A program made the translations under genes and the position numbers. Below are positions 30,697 to 43,304 of a DNA stretch of 64,000 nucleotides, one piece after another. The stretch lies in NCBI GenBank assembly GCA_037447605.1, contig CM074804.1, forward strand, positions 8,597,356 to 8,661,355, written 5' to 3'. The DNA is from Zygnema circumcarinatum SAG 698-1b. Its lineage: Eukaryota; Plantae; Zygnematophyceae. Below the pieces are notes generated by a model. It did not search any database, was not told the DNA's origin, and worked only from the letters and a program-made list of their open reading frames with translations. Every line of letters starts with the position of its first letter. Positions within the stretch are counted from its first letter, which is position 1.

Positions 30697-31894
30697 CTCT
30701 GACTCTGCCTCTTCTTCCCCCCCCCCTCCCTCTGCCTGTCCTTGTGCCATCGCACGTGCTGGACAAGTCATTTGAAACGCAACGTACCATACTCTCATTC
30801 GGTATTTGCGTGCGATGATGCTCTATGCGGTGGGGTGGGGCCGTGCAATAATTTTGCATCCAAATGTTCTGTTTCGAGTAACTGACAGAGCTTAAAGTAG
30901 GCAGTTTGATATCCAGCATGACGGAAAAAAGCGCAAGTTTGAGCACACCCACCCTGCCATTCAGCCTCACATCGCTTTCGAGTTCAGTCCATGCTGAACG
31001 AACGAACACAAATGCTCCGAGGAACGATTCTTTCATGTATTCCAATAAATTTAACAAATGAGAACGAGTCTACAGATCAGACAGAGGCATTTTAGGTGGA
31101 AGGATGAGCAAGTGCCTGCCAGTCAACCGCTGTGGCCCCGCTGTGGCCCCTCCGGATATGGAGGTGAAAGGCAAGCACACAGGTCCTCCCGAAGCAGATG
31201 GGTCAAATAACACTGCCTTGCCTAACGCAGCTGGTCCAGAGGGTTGCTACTTTTCACATACCTCATTACCATCAAAGCTAAAAGTTCACCTACCGCGGAC
31301 CCGCCCACGCCTGACATCTCCAAGTAAGCGTTGTTCCACCACCAGACCTAACTACGATTGATTGAACCTGACAGCTGATGACTCTAGTGATGTCAATATC
31401 TACAACTCAACAGCCTCTGTGTTTTTCTTTACAAATGCCATCAAGACCCGTCACTGCTCTCTGGACCTCGCAGCCGGCCGTCTAAACAGCTGCAGATAAA
31501 TAATGGGGCCATGTGCTCCAATATTCGTGTAGACAGGAGGAGCTCCTCGCAAACAGACCAAACTTTTCTCCAAAAACTCTCCATTGTTGGCGCCATGCTG
31601 TGTCCACAGGCCTCACTGACCCCGGAAACCGATGCTTCCCGAAGACACCTACAGCAACCGATTTATTGACATTCTACAGATTTCCGAATGAAACTCTGCA
31701 CAAACTTCGCTTGTTTGAGCCTCATCTCAGTTGCAGGACAGGCTGCCAGCGGCCTCCTGAGAAGTTTTGTGCATTGGTTGACGGCAACGCATTTGTCAAC
31801 GCAAGCAGCAGGGTGCTCTGCATGACTCTTCCAGTTGTCAATTCGATCATATAATTCCATCGGTCGATCGCCTCAAGATCCCTAACGCGGCTTC

Positions 31895-34272
31895 CTATAC
31901 ATCCGTGCGAGGGTATTTTACGTATTCCCCACCCATCAGCTGAAGGACCTCTTCCCAAAGTTTATCGTGGGGTGTCTTCAAAAGTATACCAGGACTGCAC
32001 GCTGCAATCTGCCACCATCCTGACCTGACTTCTTTCTGCAGCTGCATGGAATCCCAGCCTGCATATCCGAAAAAGAAACGGAAATCTTCTGGCCTGGCTT
32101 CATGAGTATTTACTGCGGACACTGCTGCTTCCATGGACGACATGCTGCCACAGTACGTTCCCGGTAGAACCTCATCAGAACCGTTAACGTTTCCAACATT
32201 ATGAAGCAAAATAAAACGACGAGTATCCAGAGGACCTCCCACGTTGACCGGGCATGATCCAAAGGTCTTCATCAAGCTATGGCTCATCCCCTTCATCGTG
32301 CCGATTCTGTGGCTCAAGGGCTTGTTCAGCACCACTCCATATGGTGCCTCTTCATCCTCATGACTAAGCATGAGAATAACAGATTTTTCGAAAAACGCAT
32401 ACCCATTTAGCTGCTCTGTAGCTACGAGAATACAGCCTCGCTCAAGTTTAGGAACCACATGAGCCCATTCTCTGCCTTCCCTCCCCCTGGATGAGACAGT
32501 CCACGCACCGAAATCAAATCTACTCTTTCCGTACTCATTGTCCTCGAACCCTCGAGACTCTCCTGCTCTACTCTCAGCTTGCTGTTCCATGTCGACAAGC
32601 TGCGCACGAAAGGTTCGCCAATCCATGTCGCGAGGGGTTGAAGACGAGAACGCTGGATGAAACAAAGACTGCTCTCTCTGAAACGACTCCATATCATCAT
32701 CTTCAGGGGCAGGCAGCCCGTCCTTTGCACCCCCATTGCCTCGTCCAGAACTGCATATTATACTCCAACTTCTGCCTGCACATCAGAGGAACACAATAAG
32801 CAAAATCAGAATAACCGGCCAAGACTTCGCTTTTATAGCACGCGTACGTGCTTGTCCATAATAAACCTCGTCGACGTGATTCTTCTTCAGTGTGATTTAC
32901 AGGCACCTACGAAGAAATCTTCTCACGCCCCAGCAATCTTCACATTAGAAAGCCATGTTGCATTCCCGGATCCCAAACATGCTTCCCCAACCCTTGCCGT
33001 GGAGAACGCGTGCAGCAAAGCATTTATAATTCTATGGCTTCAAAGCACATTTCAGAAATTCAAAATCCAGAACCGTTCTGATGCTTGTTTCCCTTGAGAA
33101 ACATCATAAGTGCGTCCTGAGTAGCGATTGCTACATGAGATCATCTTGAAGCAATGATCAAATCCAACAATCCGCACTTTGAAATTGATGAGCTCACCGA
33201 TTCCTGAGCTAACATCTGATCTGTGTCAGATGATTGAAGTGTAAAGACATCCAATGAAACAAATAAAAATTAAAAACAATGACGGGATCAATTGCATTCG
33301 GTGGGCCTCTGCAACGCCATCATTCACTGGTGCCGGTGTCAATTTCAATACAATGCTATTCACCGGAAGTTCTGCACTACAGTCTCAACAGACTATTAAC
33401 AGGGGCAAACTTCCTCAAAAGGAAAAACTTTATTAGATTGCTTCTTCTGAACAAAAAAAAAGAGAGTTCAAAATGAAACCTCAGAAAAGATGCGTCCCCA
33501 TCTTTTGTTTCCGTTTCTTTTCCATCCCGCAGTAAGACAAGTTGGCCTTCTTTCCCATAAGCAATGTTCTAAAAGGCTTTTATGGCGGTATGCTTTTGGA
33601 CCGAAGTTCCGACAGTCAGAAACTTTAGTAAACTATTTCAATCTCACTCAACTGCTAGCCGGTCCACATTCCGGCAAGGCAAATTTTGCAAGCTCAAAAG
33701 CTGTCATTTTGACAGCCATCTGGAAACCTGCATAACACTGTAAATCAATGCTTGCCGTAAGCAATCATGGCGTTTCCTAACTGTAGCGGCAACGTCTCCA
33801 TAGCACACTCGTTCATCACGAAGCTCAAAAGGAAGCTGCAACGTTAGCAGCATCAGGTCAAGTATCATAAGCGTGAACATCCATAGCGTCCTTTCATGGA
33901 ATTGTATCAACTTCAAAAAAAAAAAAAAAAACCGACTTCCTTTCAAGCAGAAGAGACAAAAATAGCTAAAACTCCCCTTACCGATCTCCTCGCAGCCGCA
34001 GGCACCGACACAAGCATTTCATCTAGAGCAAGCCAAGGGCCGCACGTGCTACTGAGAAGCAGCAGAAAAGCACCTTTACGAGGCGCTCCAATATCTTTTC
34101 CAGAAAATGAAGGATAAAATGCCTTGGCTGACAGCAGCGTCCTCGAGGCGGAGTGCTCTTTACAGGCCCCCTCCGCGGGCGCCGCCACTCTGCAAGCGGC
34201 GCGCAGCCCTTGCGCATGCGTTCCCGAGGTGAGAGAGAAGGCAGGTGCTCCGGCGGCGACAGCAGCAGCCAT
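31895..34272 (-). CDS. DUF179 (YqgE/AlgH family) protein with probable plastid transit peptide
   Basis: The long terminal exon has DWRTFRAQLV, LERGCILVATEQL, FEKSVILML, GVVLNKP, VNVGGP and DFRFFFGYAGWDSMQLQKEVRSGWW. The first exon begins with Ala-rich MAAAVAAGAPAFSL at 34272. Internal exons were not fully resolved. Confidence 0.85.
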
Positions 34273-34426
34273 GGCTCCTTCCTCTGTCTCCCTCCCTCTC
34301 CCTCCCTCGCTCGCGAGTGTCGCGTGTGCGGAGTCTGGAGGGATGTCAGCGGATCAGGCGGGGGGGGGGGGGTGCGCGTCGCCCCTCCCAGTCCCATGCC
34401 CAGGCCCAGGCCCGCCCCTCAACCCC

Positions 34427-34466
34427 ACCGACCGACCGACCGACCGACCGACCGACCGACCGACCG
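34427..34466. repeat. (ACCG)10 tetranucleotide array in the DUF179/SpoU divergent promoter
   Basis: Read directly from the sequence. Confidence 0.95.
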
Positions 34467-34957
34467 TTGGGCTCCGACTCGTCAACGGCTACACCACACC
34501 ACGCCCCGCCGCGCTTCGAAAGGAACGGCTCACTTCGGAACCAGTTTACGAGGGACCTGCCCCCACTCTGGGAAGGGTACTGCGTTTGATCCACGCCGCC
34601 GCCGTCTGAAAACACCGCCGGCCCGCCCCTACCGCATATTTGCGACATTTACGATATTGCGATATTTGAGACATTGTGTTTTTTGCGATGTTGCGATATT
34701 GCGATACGGTAGTTGTTTCCAAGGACGGCGGGCGGGCTGGCGGGCGCGGCCGCGTCTCTCCCCGCCCCGCCCCACCGCGCCCCGTCCCCTCGCCGAGTGC
34801 AGGGCAGGGCCGAGCAGAGCACGCGCAGGCAGGCAGGGAGGGAGAGCAGGCCAGGCAGGCAGGCAGACAGCCTTTCCTTCTCAAGGCAAGGCAAGGGAAG
34901 GGAAGGGAAGGGACGCCGCTGCAGGCCCGGCCATAGCCAGCCGCGGCCACCTCTCTC

Positions 34958-37763
34958 ATGGCCGCCCGCGCGACCGCTCTCGCGCGCGCCGCGCGCCTTG
35001 CGGCGCCTCGCGGAGGGCCGCCCTCACGTGCGTCGAGCCGCAGCGACGACGCGCAGGTCAGTGCTCTGCTTCAGGCGCCGTGGCCCTTGCTCGCTCGCTA
35101 CAAAACGCCGTTTTCGACGCCGCATTTCTGATGCGGTAAGCCCTTAAAATATAAAGGAACAGTCCCTTTTGCTGAGTGGAGCAGGTATTTTCTTGCTTCT
35201 CAGGCAAGATATCGCATGTTTTCTACTGGATTCAAGCCGCGAGAAAATGGAAATGCATGGCGTATTTGCTGCAGCAGGAGAAGGCTGAATGGAAGGAGCA
35301 TTCATGGCGTATTTTCGGCGAATGGTGGAATTTCTCCGGAGGTCGAGCAGCAACGAGGGCTTGCGGCATTAAAGGGAGAGGAGAGGACATCTGAGGAGGT
35401 CAGCGTGCCCGGCCGCCCGTGGCTTACTCGGCCGAGAAGGACCCCGGTATCCCGCCTGGAACTCGTCGGCTGCAAGCTCCCTCACCAAAGCAGGAAGGAT
35501 ACAGCAGCTCCACTCGCAATGGCGAGCGCAGATGAAGCCCGTGACATGGCGCACCATGCAGACCTTCAAACAGAAGTGGGTGAAAGTAGTATGGGGGAAC
35601 CGGTGGTCAACGAAGCTGAAAATGGAGGAGCAGTGTCCGCTGAACGATTGTTATCATCTTTTGATGAAGGCTCTTGGACATGCAGGGGTCGACAGAAGGC
35701 AAAAACCTCGTTTCCGTTGAACTCTCAGGTTGGCAGTGATAACGGTCATTTTCAAAAAACAGCAGGACCCAAGATGTGGTTTCCTTACACGGACGAATTT
35801 GATCTTGGTTTACCAAAGCTGCTAAAGAGCACGGAAGTAATTGAGTTGTTGAATCCTTTCCTAGTGGAGGGACGGAGGTCGCGAATGGAGCGCACTGTGG
35901 CAGAGCGCACATTTTCAATAGTGCCAGTCATTGAAGGATTAGCAGATTTGGGTAACGTTTCGGCCGTTTGCCGCACTGCAGAGGCACTAGGGTTTCAGTC
36001 TGTTCACGTTATCTCCTCCGATAACAGAAGGAGGTGAGTGACAAGTTTCAGCGTTGCAGTTTGCTTACACATTTCAAATGCAACCGTGCACACCGACGCA
36101 AGTCATCATGGCATCATCATATTGTTTTTTGTCATGTCGGTGGTGTTTCAAATGCGGACCATTTTTACCATTTGTGTGTCGTGCAAGGAGTGCTCACAGT
36201 ACAGAAACACTCACTTATACTTCTTTTGTGTTCCAGGTTTAAGGACAATCGGAACATAAGCATGGGCACAGATAAGTGGCTTGATGTAGAGTTATGGGAA
36301 AAGGCCGCCTCATGTCTGGACGCATTGCGAAAACGTGGTTACCGGATCATAGCTACCCACATCGCGCCTGACACGGTGTGAATGACTGCGCGTTGCTAAA
36401 TGTTTTAGAATAAGCCGAGTTTTGCGAACTGGGGCGGAAAATTGGCATCCTTGCTTTTCAGTCTTGGGAAAACGCCTGTTTGCTCGCTGTTTTGTAAGCA
36501 TTCGGTTACCTGATGGAAGTTTTTTCCTCTACCCCTCTTTGTTGCGTCTTGATTAGGTGCCGATATATGATATTGATTGGACGCTTCCAACAGCTGTTAT
36601 TTTTGGAAACGAGCACCGGTGAGAAATAGGAAGTTGATTTAGATTCATGCTTTTTCCCATATACCTTTACGTCGCTTCCACGGGGACCCAAAAAACCATT
36701 TTAGAAAAGGGGAGGTCTTTCGTAAGCTTTCTCTATGCATGCTGAAGCAAGAGCAGAAGCAGGAGTTCCTCAAGCCTTTTAACCGAGTAATCATGTACCA
36801 TGCATTACATTGGGGGTACAAAGAGCAAATGAATTCTCGAGGCAACTTCCATCCCCATGTAATAGAATTGTGGGGCAAACAAAGCTATTCAAGAAGCATC
36901 GTGTAACCATACGTCATGCAGGCATGAAAGGAAGTCTGTCTAGCAGCGTTCAGCCAGCGAAGTGAAATTACTCTTTTCGTTTCTATAGGATATTCCGTTT
37001 GCTGTCACAAAATTTCTGATGGTTTGAGTCACTGACTAGTTCTTTTCTCACGAAGAAATAAGACGCTGGGAAAGCTGTTAGTGCTTTGTCCTTGAGACAC
37101 AAGGTGCAGACTTCTTTAGAGGGAGGCGGAGACTGTTCAATTCTTCCCTCTTTCTCCACGATGTAAGTCTCGCCATCTGCTGGTTTGTCTGCAGGGGAGT
37201 GAGTGCTGAAATTCTACAGGCGAGTGACTTACGCTGCGCCATTCCCATGACTGGCATGGTGGACTCCTTCAACATCTCTGTTGCAGCGGGAATCACCATG
37301 CACCACGCCATGCAGGATCGATTGCTGCGCCAGGTGAGGCCCCGGCCCCTAAGGCAAAGAATGAAAGGCAGAGGAGGTAGGGGAGGCGAGGTGCCAAGGG
37401 AGGCGGTCTTGTGTCTCGACCGCACTGCAAACAGCGATAGGATCTGCATCGACAAGTATGGAAGCAATTGAATCTTAGTGGAAGAATATGGGTAGTTCAA
37501 GGAGAGCGCGGGGAGAGTCTCGCCATGTTGGATCTTTGCATGAAATCACAGCAACTGTCCGTGTCATTGTGCGACGCACGCAGGGCTTCCACGGGGACTT
37601 GACGGAGGAGCAACAGAAAATCCTGGTGGCGGAGTTCATGCTGCGCCACAACAGGCACACAAAGTGCATCATAGAGCAGCTGCTGTCGCAGGAAGGAGTG
37701 AGCCTCGGGCAGAGCAAAAAGAGTCCTTTAGAGAGGTTCCTTGCCAAAACATCCGTTCCGTGA
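34958..37763 (+). CDS. SpoU/TrmH family tRNA/rRNA 2'-O-methyltransferase, probably organelle-targeted
   Basis: SPOUT motifs are VIEGLADLGNVSAVCRTAEALG, ISMGTDKWLDV, IDWTLPTAVIFGNEHRGVS and CAIPMTGMVDSFNISVAAGI. An Ala/Arg-rich first exon lies at 34958-35056, and TGA is at 37763. Confidence 0.88.
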
Positions 37764-38318
37764 TGTACAGACCACCTCCATCTCACTTCGATCGCCGATA
37801 ACAGCAGTTTTATTGGAATGCAAGCGCATGAAGTATAAGTAGGACCTTGGCTCGTCCTTCTGCCTCGAAGGTGCTCAGCGCTAGGCCGCGAGTGCTCGTT
37901 TGCATAAAGGGACACCTGTTTTTCAAAAGCTACCGAAAATCCAGAACCCAGAGTTCCGAGAGGCATGGGCGCTGGCTGTAAAGAGGAGGGTTGGGACGGT
38001 TAAGTACCGACCCCATGCTGAGACCAGATGTACTGAAAGTGATCGATTGGAGGTCGCAAGTGGGCGGTGAGGCCTTTAGCTGCCTCACAACGAGGTGAAG
38101 GCAGTGATCACGCGCCGGGCGACCGCGGTTTCACAAATTAAGAACGGAGAAAAACGCATGTTCGGGTCACAACAGGATGGACGATACATTTTGTACGTTT
38201 TTGCATGTAAAATTTAATAATTCGAAATGAATTGAAACACAGGAAATGGACTTAAATCCCAACGCCCTACTGAAGCTCGCGAGCATTGGCTGCTCGCCAA
38301 AAGCGGAGCAGTTCAAAA

Positions 38319-39649
38319 CTATTTTGAATGCCGAGGGGAAGACGGCGCCCCCTTTTCTTCCGCAGCAGCCTGTGCTGAGGACGACGCCTTCTCCATGGCC
38401 TCTTGCCATTGCCTTATGGCCGGAAAGCTTTCCAGAACTTGGAGGCGGCGCCTCAAGGCCTGCCCCATCCAACCGGCCGCTCAGCACCCCAAAACAAGAA
38501 CGTCAGTTTCCAGTCTTTGTGAAAGGGGGGGGGCATTGCTCGCGCTGCCAAACGGCCAAGGGGACGGCCAACCCACCTCCAGCTCTTCTCTGCGGATCTC
38601 TTCTTTGCGCGCTTCAGACCTTGCACTTCTCCCATACTCGAATACCAGAACTGAGCATGCAACCTATAAAAAAAAACGTCAAATATGATTACATCACCTG
38701 AGAAGTGCAGATCAACACAGCTGGAATTCAAAGTCTTTGCTTCAAGATAGTGTTAACATGCTCGTGAACGTACAGTGCTCCTTATGCTATTTAAGAGGAT
38801 AAGAGTGTTAAGCAGTTAGAAGATGAGAGGATCAAGTGATAGTTTTTTAGGCTTCCGCTAATGTCTCCGCACATAGAGTTAGCAAATACAAACAGGAAAA
38901 ACCTAAACAGCTCAGCTTAGCATCATGGAGTCGTGAAAGCGGCACCAACGTTCATCCAATAATTTCTTAGGACATGACAAGGCACAGGTGCAACTGAAAG
39001 AAATTCAATCACTTTTAAACGTTAGTTACCGCAAAGACGACGCCTTCCCCCATCATGTCTGCCGCAGCTTGCACAGCTCGGTCCTCATTGAGCGGCCGGA
39101 CCTCAACGTCAGTGTCCTGGCCGTATAGACGCCGTTGGAAGTTCGTGCTCCACTTGTGATATCGCTGCGCGAAGGCAGGACAAACTCAAGGATATCAAGA
39201 ACACTCTCTGCCATCCGTTTGCTTCGTAAGGAAGCTCATTCACCTCTCCGCACCTTGCCACAGCAACAAAAAAAAAACATTCTGATAACAAACATATTTG
39301 CTTGACACCGCCTCATAGAAAGTAGACGAGCAGACCCACAAACAGTTTCTGCAATGACAGATGATGATGTGCACTTGCTTTTGATTGGCGGTAACAGATC
39401 GACACACGCTCCCTAAGCCAGCGCTCTGTAAGTGTGGAGTGTTTGCACCCATTCACTTCCAAATATGACAAGAATTAAAGGAACTGTTTTCTCCACCCTT
39501 CAGTTGCAGATGACACACACCTGCACATAATAACTGATGAATTCTCTGAATTTTGGATGATGAGCGGCACGAGCTTTTACAACATTCGCAAGAGGTTTAC
39601 TGGCTGTACGTAGCAGCAGAGTACCAAGTTTCAGCAACGGAAGCACCAT
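38319..39649 (-). CDS. OPA3: OPA3-like mitochondrial protein
   Basis: Four exons give MVLPLLKLGTLLLRTASKPLAN...HPKFREF, QRRLYGQDTDVEVRPLNEDRAVQAAADMMGE, FEYGRSARSEARKEEIRREELE and ALRRRLQVLE...HSK*. Confidence 0.9.
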
Positions 39650-40896
39650 TGCATGAGCTACACCATGGAGGAGGTTTTGCACTGCGCTTGTCAGTCTTCC
39701 AAAGTCTTCCTTCCTTCCTAGGTCTGCGGCCGCAACTCAGCGCCCCTCTTCCCGGGGCCACGTCTTCGGTAGCGCTGCTGAGGCAGAGGCGTCTCCCTCC
39801 ATGCGCGAGCCTCGCTCTCAGAGGCAGAGGAGAGGCCACGCTCTGGCTCTGGCTCTGGCTCTGGCGCGGAGGGGAGGGAAGGGAGGGGAGGAACGAGACG
39901 GACCGCGTTCCGTTCCGGAGAGGGCGCGTGCGCCCGTCCGCCGCTGGGCTCCCTCCCTCCCTCTCCCTCCCTCCCTCCCTCTCCCTCCCTCCCTCCCTCC
40001 CTCCCCCGCCAGTGCTCCCTCTCGTCAGGGCAGCCGCTGCTCTGAGTCCGTTCCTGCACCGCCGCGCTCTGCCGCTCTGCTGTTCTGCTCCGCCGGCTCC
40101 GACTGCTGAGGAGATTTCCTGAACAAGGTGCCTACAGCATTGTTTGCACCTCGGGTCGACGCCCTCAGCTGAACCATACGACTTCTCTCGCCAAGTGATG
40201 CTCACCTAACGCGAGCACGCGTGACTGCGTACTCGAACAAGCAAGCTCGACTAGTGCCTTTACCAAGAGTGAGTAATGCCAGAAAACGTGTCAGACTTTA
40301 CTCCGCTGCTCGTGAAATCATCCCTTTGAGCTTCTATTACCCAGGGACAGTATATATAGATGATTAAGTGGAGTAAAGGAACGGCAACAGTGTGGATATC
40401 TGCAACAGATTAAGTACAGTGTATAAAGGCGAATACATGTACTAAAAATGGCAACGCACTTTAGCCCAATGAGAATGTATCGTAAAATCGCGCTACTCTG
40501 TTGATACGTAACAATACTATGTCAGAGATAGCAATGCTACCTCTTCCCTTAGTTTTATATCCTAACTGTAGGCGTAAGGACCAGTCTTTTCTTTTTTAAT
40601 CGTGTGTTTCCCCCTCATAAAGGTGCTCGCCGTCCAAACCCAGGATCAACGCCCTGTGTAAATAAACCCGAACAGACCTTGATAACAAGTGATGTTCTCG
40701 AAACAAAAGAGTCAAGTGCTTTCCTGGCTGACTCACTACAGCCACAGACAGAACGGACGTTTAATTCTCCAAATGAAAATTCTACTCTCCTTTTTGTATA
40801 TATTTCCTTTCCATTTATGTCGAACATTTTGTTCTGCCAATTAACACCATTCCTGCCTGGCAAACTACTTCTCAGCAGCGGAGCATCCAGTGCCGT

Positions 40897-42459
40897 ATGG
40901 ATCCAGACAGTGGCGAATATGGGCCCTTTCCACGTCCGACAGTAAGAATTCACATCTGTGTCATTAGATGTACTATGAGTGAAGGTTCCGCGTCTGCAGT
41001 ACCGCAGTCCTGAACGAGTGAGAGTCTCCTGCAACCTGCAACATTCGGTGTGCCTGCTGACCATTTGTCTGTTCTTCTGTGCAACTTCATCTGATTCCAC
41101 TCAACTTTCTGTCTTGGGCTGATTCATTTATCTTACTGGTGACTAGCATTCCTTACGTCATCTAATCTGTTTTCTCTCCAACTCTGCTTAGTGATCTTGG
41201 ATGCTTTCCTGCCAACTGCGCACTATCTCCAGCGCAGTTCTTGCATTGGCGTGTTCCACCCACTCTATGAATATGTACTTGGAGAAGTCCGGAATCGAGA
41301 GCATGGAACTAAGTGATGGAACATTGACGTACGATTTGAGCAACATTTTTGCAGTACACACCACGCCTCATTGACCGACTGCGTGGGAGAAAAAACCGGG
41401 GAAAACGTCCACCTCCGCCAAGTCCTCCTGAGGAGCCTCCGTCATCTCCTCTATTAGATGCTAATCCAACGGTACCAAGGGGGGCCATCCTTCCTTTTTG
41501 GGGTGGCTTTTACCCGAGTCTACCTGAAGGACCGAGCTTTCAAGAGAGAGAGAAGGCAGAGAAGAGAGAGCGCGAGCTGGCGCCAATCAAGGATGTGTTA
41601 GAACAAGCGGTGAGGGCCGCCTGTTCCTTCCTCTTTTTTGGCATTAATTCCGAATGTTGGAAATCGTACTTCCAATCTCTTCGGAGGGATTCAAGTGAAT
41701 GATCTGGCTGACAATTTACAGTAAGCTTTTCCATTATTCCTGTTGTTTCGTTTTTAGCGTTTTCCCATGTTTTGGCGCAGAATAATTTGAAAGGAAGCAT
41801 CACTCAGATGGAAGGAGAAGAAGCTGAAATCATTCGGAAACTGGCGCAGGAGCTTCACGATAAGGAATATAGGTTATTTCACCCTATTTCTCAACTCTCT
41901 GTCTTTGGAATGCTTTTGTTCCCCTATTTCTGAGCATGCTGTTGAGTTGCATCTGCATGTCCGCCACTGCTCCAGTGCAATACACTACTGACGTATTTGA
42001 AGTCCTTTTGGGACAGGGCTCCCCAGAGACCTACTCCTTGTGGAACAGAGAAGCAAGCGTGCATCTCCTGTTACACGGCCAATACAAAGGTTTCGTTCCG
42101 TTCTTTGCAAGCCCAGTAGTTGTTTCCATTCTACTCTCTAGATCTTAAACCAGCAGCCATACCGACCGGAGCAGTCCCTCCACCTGTTGCGGAGCACGAG
42201 GGGCAGCACCTGATCCGGCCACGAGCCGCGTTCTGTTCTGCGCAGGAGCCACTCCGGTGCCGCGCGGCTGTCAAGGCCTTCCAAGCGTGTGCGCTGCGCG
42301 CGCAGGAGGTGGGGCCGCTCCGCCCTGCCCTGTGCCCCTGCCCTGCCCTGCCCTGTGCTTGCTTTGCCGCTGCCTGTCCGACTGCCATTCCGATCGATGG
42401 CTGAAGCTACTTCGTGTGTTGGTGTGCAGGATTTCGTGAGGGCGACCTTGTCCCAATGA
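40897..42459 (+). CDS. Plant-type CHCH (twin CX9C) domain protein, possibly Mic19-like
   Basis: Spliced exons end ...AQELHDKEYRAPQRPTPCGTEKQACISCYTANTKEPLRCRAAVKAFQACALRAQEDFVRATLSQ*, with two CX9C motifs. The start exon MDPDSGEYGPFPRPT is inferred from splice signals. Confidence 0.7.
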
Positions 42460-43304
42460 CCCTTTTCCCCCGTTTTGTGAGTGCATTGGAGATGAAGTGA
42501 CGCTGACATCAGCCAGCGCCAGTGCCGCTCTGCACCACTGCGGCCGCCTGCCATTGCAAAGTGGGCGGGCTGCGAGGCACATTTTTGTCTTTGTTGTTGA
42601 GCACTTTCATACGCTTTGCAGAAGCGGACCGGGATGCGCACTCAATTTTTTGGACTTTAACCTCCATAGGAAACGTTCCAGAGTACTTGAAAAAAAAGAA
42701 GAAAGGTGCATCCAATCTAAGCCACATCAGAGAAAGAGCAACAACAAGGTCAAAAACAGCCGTAAGGTCCTCCGAAAATACCTTAAGGCGTTTCCAAAGC
42801 ATTCCAAAAACATTTGAAAGATATCCCAAAAACTTAAAAATTCCAACACAAAAAATCAAAAGAAAATGACAATAAGTACTAAGTATGGACATCCCAACAT
42901 TTGTTAATAACCAATGCTACAGTTGCTAAATTTTTTGAGGGTTCCTCAAATACTGTCCAGTACAAAATCAACGAAACATTTCTCAGGCTCTCGACGTGCA
43001 GGCCAAACACAGTCTACAAGCTCCTCATAAAAATAAAAGGGGTACCCAAAGCCATATTCTCAGGAGCAAGTCTCTTGTCATTACACTGCGGACGAAGTGC
43101 AGTGAGGGAGAAAGCGAAAGGCACAGAGTATCGTAGTACGGAGCGACCTTTCCTCAAGTGAGGAACCTATACAGAACACGTGGAGCGTCTGCATCTACCG
43201 CCAGACAGGACAGACAGGTAGACATTGCTCAAGGCGATATTTTTTTCAAGCCTCCAATGACATGTGCATCCGTTGGCTACACCCTTGAGACGCCGGATCA
43301 TGCA

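Noticed and set aside
40615-41100. 161-aa minus-strand ORF
   Set aside because: It is antisense to the CHCH gene's first coding exon and introns, with no recognisable domain.
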